Below are positions 1 to 8,018 of a DNA stretch of 21,070 bases, piece by piece (within the stretch, counting starts at the first letter, position 1; each line of letters starts with the position of its first letter). The translations under genes were made by a program, and so were the position numbers. The notes under the pieces are model-generated. The model saw only the letters and a list, made by a program, of their open reading frames with translations, had not been told where the DNA came from and made no database searches. Source of the DNA: Myxococcota bacterium (GTDB taxonomy: Bacteria > Myxococcota_A > UBA9160 > UBA4427); assembly GCA_036336835.1 (NCBI GenBank), contig JAYZFK010000067.1, positions 1-21,070 of the forward strand. The letters are read 5' to 3'.

Positions 1-978
1 CGCGACGTTCCAGCTTCGGCCGCGACGCCTGGTGGACGTACGGGATCTCGATACCCGGACGGAACTCCTGGGACCCCGCTGTCCTGCCCCATTCTCCCGG
101 CTCCGATAGGAAGCCAGAGGACGTATCACTCCCAGGGCGAAATCGCCGTCGCACGCGCTGCGAGACGACTGGACCATCTGCAAATCCTGTCGATGGGATC
201 ATCGACCCCGCTGGAGGAAGTGATCGAGGCTCGCCAGGCGCCGGTCTGGTATCAGCTCTACGCGCAGCGCTTCTGGCCCGTCACGAGACAGTTCCTGCGA
301 CGAGCCGAGAGAGCCGGATGCCCCGCGGTGGTCCTCACTGTCGATATCGTGGGCCTCCCCACGAACCGAGAGCGCATCGATCGTTTCCGCAGAGCAGACA
401 ACCCCGACTGTCAGTCGTGCCATCGTTCCGCCGGCGAGAGCCTGTTGCGCGGCGCGGCGCGCGTGGCGGATTCCGTCGGCATCGATGCAATGGGGCTGAT
501 CGCCGAGTCCATGATGCTCGACTGGGATATCGTCGACCGGATCCGTGATACCACGTCGATGAAGCTGATCATCAAGGGAATCCTCACCCACGAAGACGCC
601 AGCCTCTGCGCCGAACACGGCGTCGACGGGATCATCGTCTCGAATCACGGAGGCCGTGCCGAGGACAGCGGAGGGTCCACGATCGAGGCACTGCCGGAAA
701 TCGTCGCCGCAGTCGGCGGGCGCATTCCCGTCTTGATCGACAGTGGTTTTCGCAGGGGAACCGACGTGTTCAAGGCCCTGGCCCTCGGCGCCTCCGCTGT
801 CTGCGTCGGCCGTCCGTACATCTGGGGCCTCGCCGCTTTCGAACAGCGAGGGGTCGAAGCGGTGCTGTCGATCCTCCGCCGAGAGCTCGAAACGATCATG
901 AGACAGATGGGCACGCCAAGCATCGCCGCCATCACGCCCGCCCATGTCCGGGAGACGAGCGCAAGGCAGATCCGTTAG
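1..978 (+). CDS. FMN-dependent alpha-hydroxy acid dehydrogenase/oxidase (L-lactate/glycolate oxidase family); 5'-truncated by window edge, apparent frameshift at ~70-72
   Basis: Motifs WYQLY, LTVD, LIIKGI, DGIIVSNHGGR, DSGFRRGTDVFKALALGA, GRP. Frame 2 (2-73) reads FQLRPRRLVDVRDLDTRTELLG; frame 1 (from 70) continues GTPLSCPILPAPIGSQ...GEIAVARAA. The ORF-track start at 193 is therefore internal. Confidence 0.93.
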   Translation, partial: RDVPASAATPGGRTGSRYPDGTPGTPLSCPILPAPIGSQRTYHSQGEIAVARAARRLDHLQILSMGSSTPLEEVIEARQAPVWYQLYAQRFWPVTRQFLRRAERAGCPAVVLTVDIVGLPTNRERIDRFRRADNPDCQSCHRSAGESLLRGAARVADSVGIDAMGLIAESMMLDWDIVDRIRDTTSMKLIIKGILTHEDASLCAEHGVDGIIVSNHGGRAEDSGGSTIEALPEIVAAVGGRIPVLIDSGFRRGTDVFKALALGASAVCVGRPYIWGLAAFEQRGVEAVLSILRRELETIMRQMGTPSIAAITPAHVRETSARQIR

Positions 979-1010
979 CAGCCTCTGCAGATGTGCCCCG
1001 CGGCGCGCCG

Positions 1011-4000
1011 TCAGCGTGTCGCGCGTTCGAGAAAGTCGAGATAGCGGGGATCCGCACCCTCGAAGAGAAGGTGACGCCCCAGGCGCTCCACCTCATCGTC
1101 CCGCCCGAGCCTGCGGAGAGCCCGCATGAGCGCACGCGCGGTCGGCGCGTGGGCGGGTCGCAGCGCCAGTGCGCGCGCGAGCTGTTCAGCGGCCTGCTCG
1201 AACTCGCCCCCGTCGAGTGCGCCGCGCCCCGCGCGCCACAGACGCCTCCCTTCCCGGTCCGCCGCCGCGAGGTGCCAGACACGGCACAGCATCGCGTTGT
1301 CCCCGAGCCCGAGTGCCTCGTTGGCTTCGATCCCAAGACGCAGAAGCTCGACGTTGTCCGTCTCGCGAAGCAGCGCGCCCAGCTGCTTCGTCATCGCGCC
1401 GGGATCGACCGTCTGTTCCCGCCCGTGCGCACCCCACCACAGGAGCCAGGCAAGCGGAGATCGCTCTGGATCGACCGGTGTCGGCGGCACGCGAGCCAGT
1501 GCGCGCTCCGGCTCGATCGCGAGCTGTGCGGCGAGTACATCGCTCGACGGCGAAAGCCTCTCGAGCGCCCTTGCACGCGCGCGCGAGCCGCGGGGATCGA
1601 CGAGCGCGGCAAAGCGCGCCGCCCGCTCGGCGACCGGCGACTCGGAGGCTCTCGCGAGCGCGTAGAACTCGCGAGCAGCGTCGCTGCGACCGTCGGCGTC
1701 CAGCAGGCGTCCCGTGAGATACGCGCGCTCGCCGGCATCGAAGAAGGCGCGCGCTGCTTCGAAGCTCAGGCGGGCGCGCTCGAGCGATGCGATCGGTTTC
1801 CGCGTGGGAATCGCGCCGTCCGGGGTTCCGAGCAGACGTTCGATCAACGCGAGGAAGAATGCCGGCCGCGCGTCTTCCGGCACGAGCTCGGGGAGCAACA
1901 CCTCGTGCGGCAGAACCCCCCTCGCGACACGGCTGCGGCGCCGGCTTCGCGGCGCGAAGAGCTCGGCAAAGGCCGAGTCGTCGGTGTTGACCGGGCCTGC
2001 GCTCACGGCTCTTCCGCCCGACCGCGCAGAAGCCTGGATCCAGCTGGCGATCTGTACGGCCCCGCCGAGGTCTTCACGGTCTCGCGTCACCGGATGCGCA
2101 ATGAGTCTCTCCACCTTCTCGGCGTCGAAGCCGAGCGGCTCGTGAGATCCGATCATGAAGTAGGAGCCGATCTTCGGCACGAAGTACACGAGATAGCTCT
2201 CGAACACGTTGGCAAACGCGCGCAGGATGCTGGCGGAAATTCGCGAATCGGCACGCGAGGAGCCGAGCCAGGTCGAGAAGACGCCGCCAGGCGCCAGGCT
2301 CTGTGCGGCGAGCTCGAAGAACTCCTGTGTGAAGATGTTGGGCGCCACCCAGGGGTGGGACGGCATGGAGGTGATGAGGTCGAAGCGCTCACCGCGCGCC
2401 GCTTCGAGCAGCAGGCGGTGCCGCGCGTCGTCGATCGCGAGATCGACTCGAGGATCGCCGACGGGAGAGTGACCTCCAAAGATGCGCTCGACGGCCGGTG
2501 GCACGTCGGGCTCGAGCTCGACGACCTCGATCCGCTCCATTCCGAGATCGAGATAGGCCGCCACGCTGACGCCGGCGCCGAGTCCGACCACGAGAGCCGA
2601 CTTCGGGTCCTCTGCGTGGAGAAAGGGCAGCAGCGCTACCAGCAGCGAATCGAGCGGGTAGTGCGGCGGCCCCTGCGTAATCGTGCCCTGCGGGATGTTA
2701 TTGACGCGGAGCTGACGAGTTCCCTGGAACTCGAAGGTCGCGACGTTTGCCACGCGGCCTTCCGAGAAGGACAGGAGCCTGCCCAGCTGCTCGCTGCGGC
2801 GGGACTCTGCGCGCTCGTAGCTTGCCTGGCCGTCCGGAACGATGCTCAGCCGGGCAACGTCGAGACCGCCGTAGCTCACCACGGCGATGACACCCACGGT
2901 GGCCAGTGCGATCCCGAGCCGGAGCGGTACGTCGCCCAACGCCAGAGCGGCCAGTGCGGCCGCGATCGCCGTGAGCCCGAGCGCCAGATGGATGGTCAGA
3001 TCGGCGCCGAGACCCGGAAGCAGCCAGAAACCCGTGAGCAGAGAGCCGGCGATGCTGCCGACGGTATTGGCCGCGTAGAGTCGACCGAGCGCGGCAGCTC
3101 CGCGTGCGGCCGATCGCTCGGTCGCGTCGACGAGCAACGGAAACGAGGCACCCGAACACAGCGTGGGCAACGCCAGGGCCGCGAGCACGATGCTCAGCTG
3201 CGTGTTCAGGACACCCAGGCCCGCAGCGCTCCCCGTCTCGACGGCGCGCAAGACGTGGGAGAGATAGGGCAACGCGCCGCTCAGGAGCACCACCGAGCCG
3301 GCCGCAGTCAACTGCAGCACGGAGAGCCAGAGCCCGTCGCGCCTCCGGCGACCCAGACCTGTCGCGACCAGCACGCTACCGAGCCCGATGCCGACGAGTA
3401 CCGAGATCAGCACCGAGCCCACCGCATAGATCGTTCCGTGCAGGAAGATCGAGAAGAGGCGCACCCAGACGATCTGCAGCGCGATGGCCGCGAAGCCCAC
3501 CAGGAAGGCGATCACCGAGGCCACGACGACGATGCGCGGCGTAGCGCCCTGACCGCCCGAGGGCGCGGACACCGTTGCCGGACGCGCCCGCGAGCGCGTG
3601 CGAGCGCGCCGATCCATCCCAAGCGCGAACGCGCCGGCCGCGAAGTTCACCAGCGCAGTGAAGAGTGTCGCCGCGAAGAGGCCGAGCTGGGGCAGCAGCA
3701 GGTAGGTGGTGGCGTACGCGCCCAGGCAGGCGCCGAGCGTGTTGATTCCGTAGATCAGCGCGCTCCCGCGCCCGACCTCCTGGTCCTCGGCGACCATCGC
3801 CGCGAAGACCACAGGCAGTGTCGCTCCCATGAGCACCGTGGGAACCAGGAGCAGGGGCGCCGAGACCAGCGCGCGCGCCACGGCGCCTCCAAGTCCCGAT
3901 CCCGGATCGATCAGCGCGAAGAACGATCCGAGATTCGCCAGGACTGGGTAGAGCACCAGACCCGCCGCGCCCGTGGCGAGCTCGATCCAGCCGTAGACAG

Positions 4001-4205
4001 CCGCGGGGCGCGCCAGCGACTGCGCCCTGCGGCCTCCCAGAAAGGCACCGAGCGCGAGTCCGCCAAAGAAGACCGCGAGCACCGTCGAGTAGGAGAGCGT
4101 CGTCGAGCCGAACGAGAACGAGAGGAGCCGTACCCAGAGGAGCTCATAGGCCAAGCCCGCGAAGCCCGAAGCAACGAGACAGACGAGCAGGTAGCGGTTG
4201 CGCAT
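1011..4205 (-). CDS. Fused multi-TM membrane domain / spermidine synthase-like (class I SAM-binding fold) protein with C-terminal helical TPR-like region (~1064 aa)
   Basis: Two repeated hydrophobic blocks (SGFAGLAYELLWVR...LIYGINTLGA; VGFAAIALQIVWVR...LYAANTVGS). Then ALVVGLGAGVS, VVELEPDV, DDARH, FDLITSMPSHPW, LAPGGVFSTW, VNTDD. Ala/Arg-rich TPR-like tail (AAEQLARALALRPAHA). Start taken as ATG 4205 (MRNRYLL); ATG 4250 also possible. Confidence 0.88.
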   Translation of the reverse strand: MRNRYLLVCLVASGFAGLAYELLWVRLLSFSFGSTTLSYSTVLAVFFGGLALGAFLGGRRAQSLARPAAVYGWIELATGAAGLVLYPVLANLGSFFALIDPGSGLGGAVARALVSAPLLLVPTVLMGATLPVVFAAMVAEDQEVGRGSALIYGINTLGACLGAYATTYLLLPQLGLFAATLFTALVNFAAGAFALGMDRRARTRSRARPATVSAPSGGQGATPRIVVVASVIAFLVGFAAIALQIVWVRLFSIFLHGTIYAVGSVLISVLVGIGLGSVLVATGLGRRRRDGLWLSVLQLTAAGSVVLLSGALPYLSHVLRAVETGSAAGLGVLNTQLSIVLAALALPTLCSGASFPLLVDATERSAARGAAALGRLYAANTVGSIAGSLLTGFWLLPGLGADLTIHLALGLTAIAAALAALALGDVPLRLGIALATVGVIAVVSYGGLDVARLSIVPDGQASYERAESRRSEQLGRLLSFSEGRVANVATFEFQGTRQLRVNNIPQGTITQGPPHYPLDSLLVALLPFLHAEDPKSALVVGLGAGVSVAAYLDLGMERIEVVELEPDVPPAVERIFGGHSPVGDPRVDLAIDDARHRLLLEAARGERFDLITSMPSHPWVAPNIFTQEFFELAAQSLAPGGVFSTWLGSSRADSRISASILRAFANVFESYLVYFVPKIGSYFMIGSHEPLGFDAEKVERLIAHPVTRDREDLGGAVQIASWIQASARSGGRAVSAGPVNTDDSAFAELFAPRSRRRSRVARGVLPHEVLLPELVPEDARPAFFLALIERLLGTPDGAIPTRKPIASLERARLSFEAARAFFDAGERAYLTGRLLDADGRSDAAREFYALARASESPVAERAARFAALVDPRGSRARARALERLSPSSDVLAAQLAIEPERALARVPPTPVDPERSPLAWLLWWGAHGREQTVDPGAMTKQLGALLRETDNVELLRLGIEANEALGLGDNAMLCRVWHLAAADREGRRLWRAGRGALDGGEFEQAAEQLARALALRPAHAPTARALMRALRRLGRDDEVERLGRHLLFEGADPRYLDFLERATR

Positions 4206-4534
4206 GGGGACGTCGTCCGGCGTGGGCCGGAGCGACGAGGCTACGAGCATCCGCGGATCAGGTCAAGAAAGGCTGGATCCGCGATGTCCTGTTACCCGGC
4301 AGCTCGATCGCAGCGCGAGTCGATCGATCGCGCGAGCGCATCCTCCCTCGAGCCGTATCGTCGACTCCATCGAGCGGGCATCGACGGCACGGCCGGTCGC
4401 GACCGCGACCGGATCGCTGCGACCCCGGCAGTGCAGGGTGATTCACTCATCGTTCTCAGCTAAATTTCGCGCTTGCCGCCGAGTGAGCTTCGCGTCTCGA
4501 AGCCGATCTTCTTCGATCGCCTCTCCTTTCGGGG

Positions 4535-6292
4535 TTGCCCGGCGTTGCCGGGAAGGAGCAGCGTGGGTCGGCCACCTCCGGCTCTGCGAGCAGGTCTGGA
4601 ACCCCCTTTCCGGCCACCTCCACAACCAAGGACACTCTGAGGTCTCGGTTGCAGCACCGGCGACGACAGCAAGACAGCTCTCCTGGTGCCAGACGAACGG
4701 CTGCCGACCGGGACATACCGCTCCTGCCCTTTACGATCTTCAATGGGATCGTCGCCTTCTTTCCGCTGACGACGCTCCTCTCGGCGAACCCCGACATCCT
4801 GATGGGGACGCTGACCGACGAGATCCAGATGCTGCTCGGTTTCTTCTTCGCGCTATTTGCGTTGAACCAGCTGGTCTACGCACTGCGGGGGCGCGCGCGC
4901 CTTCATGTCCTGCTGTACTTCGGAATTCTGCTGCTGTTCCTGTGGAACCCGATCTTGCAGCTCATCCAGAACCGTGCATCGGAAGGGGTCGCCGTCTATC
5001 TCGCCATCGTCTCGGTCGCCTTCGTGGCGGCCGCGTGGGCTACCCGATCGAAGGAGGCCACGCGCATCCTCGCGACGATGCTTGTCGTCTTCGCCGCGAT
5101 TCCACTCGGCCGAATCGCCTACTACACGATCGTCGGCGTCCAGCTACCGGGCAAGAGCGCAGAGATCTCTGTCGATTCGACGCTGAAGATGGCGGCGCTG
5201 GGCCAACGCCCCGCGAGGCTCACGCCCAATGTCTACGTACTGATCTTCGATTGCATGACGAGCACGGACCTGTTCCTCGAGCACATCGACTCCACCTCGA
5301 GCTCGAGGCAGCGGATCGACGGATTCCACCACGCGATGGACGAGCTCGGGTACACGCCATTCGCGAGCTCCTGGAGCAACTACGAACGCACCATTCCGTC
5401 GATGTCGTCGTTCTTCAATTTCGACTACCACGCCTGGGATGCCTACCGGTGGAATCTCACCTACTACGGATTCCGCGAGAGTGCGATGCTCAAGTACTTC
5501 AAGGAGAACGGGTACCGCATCATCGCTAAACAAACCGAGATACCGTGCCCGAAAGAGTTCGACGACTGCTATGAGAATGCCAATCAGTTGCAACTGGTTT
5601 CGATGCTGGCTGCATCGACCCCCGCCACCTACTTCATCTTCAATCTCGACAGGAGCCTCTTCACACCGATGAACTCCAACCTGCTTCGCAGGGCAGCCGC
5701 GAGGCTGCTCACCACGAAGCTCCAGGAACCCGCTCAGTTCATCGACTACCTCGAGGCGAAGGCGATCTCCGATCGGCCGGAATTCACCTACGCACACTTC
5801 CAGGCGTCTCATCCGAGCAACTTCTACGACGAGAACTGCGATACGGAATCTCTCAACCTCTTCGAGCAGCGCTCGGGCGAGGACCGCCTGGCCGACTTCA
5901 GCTACACGCGCTACGGCGCCGAGTACCTCTGCTTCCTGAAGCAAATCGTCGATGTTGCGGCGGCCATCGGCCGCAGGGATCCCGACGCGTGGGTCCTAGT
6001 CGCCTCGGACCACGGCTACGGTGCCCAGCGCTTCGGCACCCGCCCGGACGGCCCCTGGGACAAGCGCAGGCTCGATGCAATCTTCCGCATCCTGAGCCTC
6101 GCGAAGACTTCCCCTCGCTGCACCCGGGAGCTGGCATCGCAGAAGAGCAGCGTCAACCGGGCTCGGGCGCTGGTCAACTGCCTGAACGAGGACGTCGTGC
6201 TCCCGTATCTCCCCGAGCAAGTCGACCTGCGCTACCTCCGGGTCAATCGCAAGCTGAAGATTCGCCCTGATGGCTACGAGGACTCATCGTAG
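4535..6292 (+). CDS. Membrane-anchored alkaline-phosphatase/sulfatase-superfamily protein (LtaS/EptA-like architecture)
   Basis: About 5 N-terminal hydrophobic segments, then PNVYVLIFD, SNYERTIPSM (Thr at the nucleophile position), FTYAHFQASHP and VLVASDHG metal-ligand motifs. Start uncertain: TTG 4535 is just the longest option; homology-like sequence begins at ~4710. Confidence 0.8.
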   Translation: MPGVAGKEQRGSATSGSASRSGTPFPATSTTKDTLRSRLQHRRRQQDSSPGARRTAADRDIPLLPFTIFNGIVAFFPLTTLLSANPDILMGTLTDEIQMLLGFFFALFALNQLVYALRGRARLHVLLYFGILLLFLWNPILQLIQNRASEGVAVYLAIVSVAFVAAAWATRSKEATRILATMLVVFAAIPLGRIAYYTIVGVQLPGKSAEISVDSTLKMAALGQRPARLTPNVYVLIFDCMTSTDLFLEHIDSTSSSRQRIDGFHHAMDELGYTPFASSWSNYERTIPSMSSFFNFDYHAWDAYRWNLTYYGFRESAMLKYFKENGYRIIAKQTEIPCPKEFDDCYENANQLQLVSMLAASTPATYFIFNLDRSLFTPMNSNLLRRAAARLLTTKLQEPAQFIDYLEAKAISDRPEFTYAHFQASHPSNFYDENCDTESLNLFEQRSGEDRLADFSYTRYGAEYLCFLKQIVDVAAAIGRRDPDAWVLVASDHGYGAQRFGTRPDGPWDKRRLDAIFRILSLAKTSPRCTRELASQKSSVNRARALVNCLNEDVVLPYLPEQVDLRYLRVNRKLKIRPDGYEDSS

Positions 6293-6316
6293 TGCCAGCA
6301 CGTGGCAGAGCGCGAC

Positions 6317-6763
6317 CTACTCGCAGCGCTGGCCGAAGAAGCCACGAAACAGCTCGTACTCGGCTGTCGATGCCGTGCCCTCGTCGAACTCGGTCCGGAA
6401 CCGCAGCCAGTCCCGGAAGCCGATGAGGCCATCGCCGTTGATGTCCCAGTCGCGGCAATCGTCGCCGTAGACCTGCACGTTCGAGAGCTCGCTGACCGCG
6501 CCCGTCTGGTCCTGTACCTGGATCTGAATTTCGGCGCCGAACGGAAGGACCACAGGATTGGTGAAGACGCCGTTCGCGTCGGGGTCTTCGACCAGCACCT
6601 CGGTCAGGTTCTCGCCGTCCGCGACGACGACCAGCAGGATCGGAAGATCCGGCTGCGGGTGGGTCCAGCGCAGCTCTCGCGTGATCGCGTGAGCATCGAA
6701 AGCCATCAGGACGGAGGCCAGCGCGAAGCTGGCCGGGATGAGAAGTCGGAACAATCGCCGCAT
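6317..6763 (-). CDS. Small secreted protein (148 aa) with beta-rich domain and C-terminal dockerin/EF-hand-like Ca-binding loop
   Basis: ATG 6763 preceded by GAGG/AGGA. Signal peptide MRRLFRLLIPASFALASVLMAFDAHA with AxA cleavage site. DINGDGLIGFRD loop flanked by two Cys. The upstream extension to 7006 in the ORF track is low-complexity. Confidence 0.78.
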   Translation of the reverse strand: MRRLFRLLIPASFALASVLMAFDAHAITRELRWTHPQPDLPILLVVVADGENLTEVLVEDPDANGVFTNPVVLPFGAEIQIQVQDQTGAVSELSNVQVYGDDCRDWDINGDGLIGFRDWLRFRTEFDEGTASTAEYELFRGFFGQRCE

Positions 6764-7134
6764 GATCCTGCTACCTCGCGCGTCGCTGGAAGCTCGGCTG
6801 GGGCAATCCTCTTCGTCAGGAACCGGCGCCTCAGCAGACCGACGTCTGGGGAGAGTTTCGGGCGGTGGGCCCCGAACTCCGTGATCCCGCTCACGCCACG
6901 CCGCGGGCCGGGCCGTCGTCGACGGTAGAGCTGCGAGAGCCACCTTTTGGGCGCTCCCCGGTCCGCTGAGGATGCGCCCCCGCGTGCTCCTGCAGCGCTG
7001 TCGCACCCAGCACCACGATGCAGCACGGGCCGCGCGACCCGAGATCCGCGGGTGCGCTCCCGAGCGCCCGCCGGCGGGTTGCGCTTCATGAGGATCGGAC
7101 CGAGTTGCCGCGGCTATGGCTCGAGCGCAATCAG

Positions 7135-7143
7135 TGGTATGGT
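7135..7143 (+). promoter_or_regulatory. Putative extended -10 promoter element (TG-G-TATGGT)
   Basis: TGn-TAnnnT match in a GC-rich intergenic region, oriented toward the structured element and cspA. No clear -35. Confidence 0.35.
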
Positions 7144-7438
7144 CTTTCGCTTCGCGGACACCTCCGCTTCACCCTTCCACGCGTCAGCGCCAACGCCCTT
7201 CCGCCCCACTGTCCCGTGCTGGAACGAGCGTCGCGCCAAACCAACCCGACAACAGAGTGAAGCTGGCCTGCACACTCCTTCCCAGCAAGGCACCACCGAC
7301 CCCGATGACCGACTCCACAGCCAGATCGACGCCCGAACGCCTCGTGCCCACGCACGCCGGGGCCATCGGCCGGCCAGTGGAGCCCCCGGGAGACGCGGAC
7401 CGCACCACGTGCCGCCGCGATCCGGCAGCCAGCATGGG

Positions 7439-7657
7439 TCTGCTGCTCGAGGCCACGCAGGTCCCTGCTAGGAAACGATTCGAGCCAGGACCCAGGGGTC
7501 CTGGCAAACCCGGCCCCCAACCCGGCCGGAAGCTGCAATCGCCCCTCAGCCGGCGACACGAAAGGCTGAAAGAAAAGGGGGGGACGCTCTGCGGGCCACG
7601 TTGGCTCTCTGGCGCGTTCCTCAACACGGGGAGCAGCAGAGCGCTACGGTCTGCTGC
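7439..7657 (+). ncRNA. Candidate structured RNA / cis-regulatory leader upstream of cspA (no family recognised)
   Basis: Nested complementary segments: 7439-7448/7631-7640, 7451-7460/7589-7597, 7461-7465/7581-7585, 7476-7480/7537-7541, 7484-7492/7497-7505, 7510-7515/7524-7529, 7546-7551/7564-7569, 7542-7545/7577-7580. Linkers are A-rich. Confidence 0.5.
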
Positions 7658-7737
7658 GTGAACGAGCGTCTGGAATGTCTCGGATGATGCAGGATCGACG
7701 ACACGCCGTCCTCCCACAAATGTAAAAGGTCCCAAGA

Positions 7738-7944
7738 ATGCGAATTAGCGGAACAGTGAAATGGTTCAATGACGAGAAGGGCTTCGGCTTCATCACGCGC
7801 GACGATGGTGAGAAGGACGTCTTCTGTCATCACACCGCCATCCAGGGCGAAGGCTTCAAGAGCCTGTCGGAGGGTGCGAAGGTCGAGTTCGACGTGGTCC
7901 AGGGCCAGAAGGGTCCGGCTGCGGAGAACCTGACGGTCCTCTAG
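7738..7944 (+). CDS. cspA: Cold-shock protein (CspA family, 68 aa)
   Basis: [15 protein letters not shown] (RNP1), DVFCHHTAI (RNP2), [26 protein letters not shown]. The symbol denotes the family; the paralog cannot be assigned. Confidence 0.97.
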   Translation: MRISGTVKWFNDEKGFGFITRDDGEKDVFCHHTAIQGEGFKSLSEGAKVEFDVVQGQKGPAAENLTVL

Positions 7945-8018
7945 GCGGTCGCTCCGCCGGCTCGAGCCGGCTCGTTGACACGACGCCGGTTGTCGGACCT
8001 CGATCCGACAACGTGGCT

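Noticed and set aside
4290..4425. Dense TCGA/GATC/CGCG palindromes (HIP1-like or repeat array?)
   Set aside because: No fixed repeat unit or spacing; these 4-6-mers are frequent throughout the window.
993..4463. 1156-aa ORF on the + strand
   Set aside because: Antisense shadow of the spermidine-synthase-like gene; Arg-rich, no motifs, expected in high-GC DNA.
4461..4485. Sigma-28-like TAAA...GCCGAG
   Set aside because: Spacer is 13 nt rather than ~15 and the -10 match is poor.
4198..5529. 443-aa + strand ORF and other long alternative-frame ORFs (e.g. 10603-12090, 13386-14918, 15430-16845)
   Set aside because: They overlap well-supported genes in other frames or strands and have R/P/G/A-biased low-complexity translations.
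7503..7590. c-di-GMP-I riboswitch-like words GGCAAACC and GGGACGC
   Set aside because: They are ~70 nt apart rather than flanking a short GNRA-capped stem, and GGGACGC is not followed by AAAG; the alternative pairings fit better.
6947..7735. ORFs in the cspA upstream gap (6947-7471, 7116-7661, 7131-7559, 7184-7735)
   Set aside because: No recognisable domains, no good RBS, Pro/Arg/Ser-rich; better explained as non-coding.
7975..7980. Perfect TTGACA -35 hexamer
   Set aside because: No -10-like hexamer 16-18 nt downstream.
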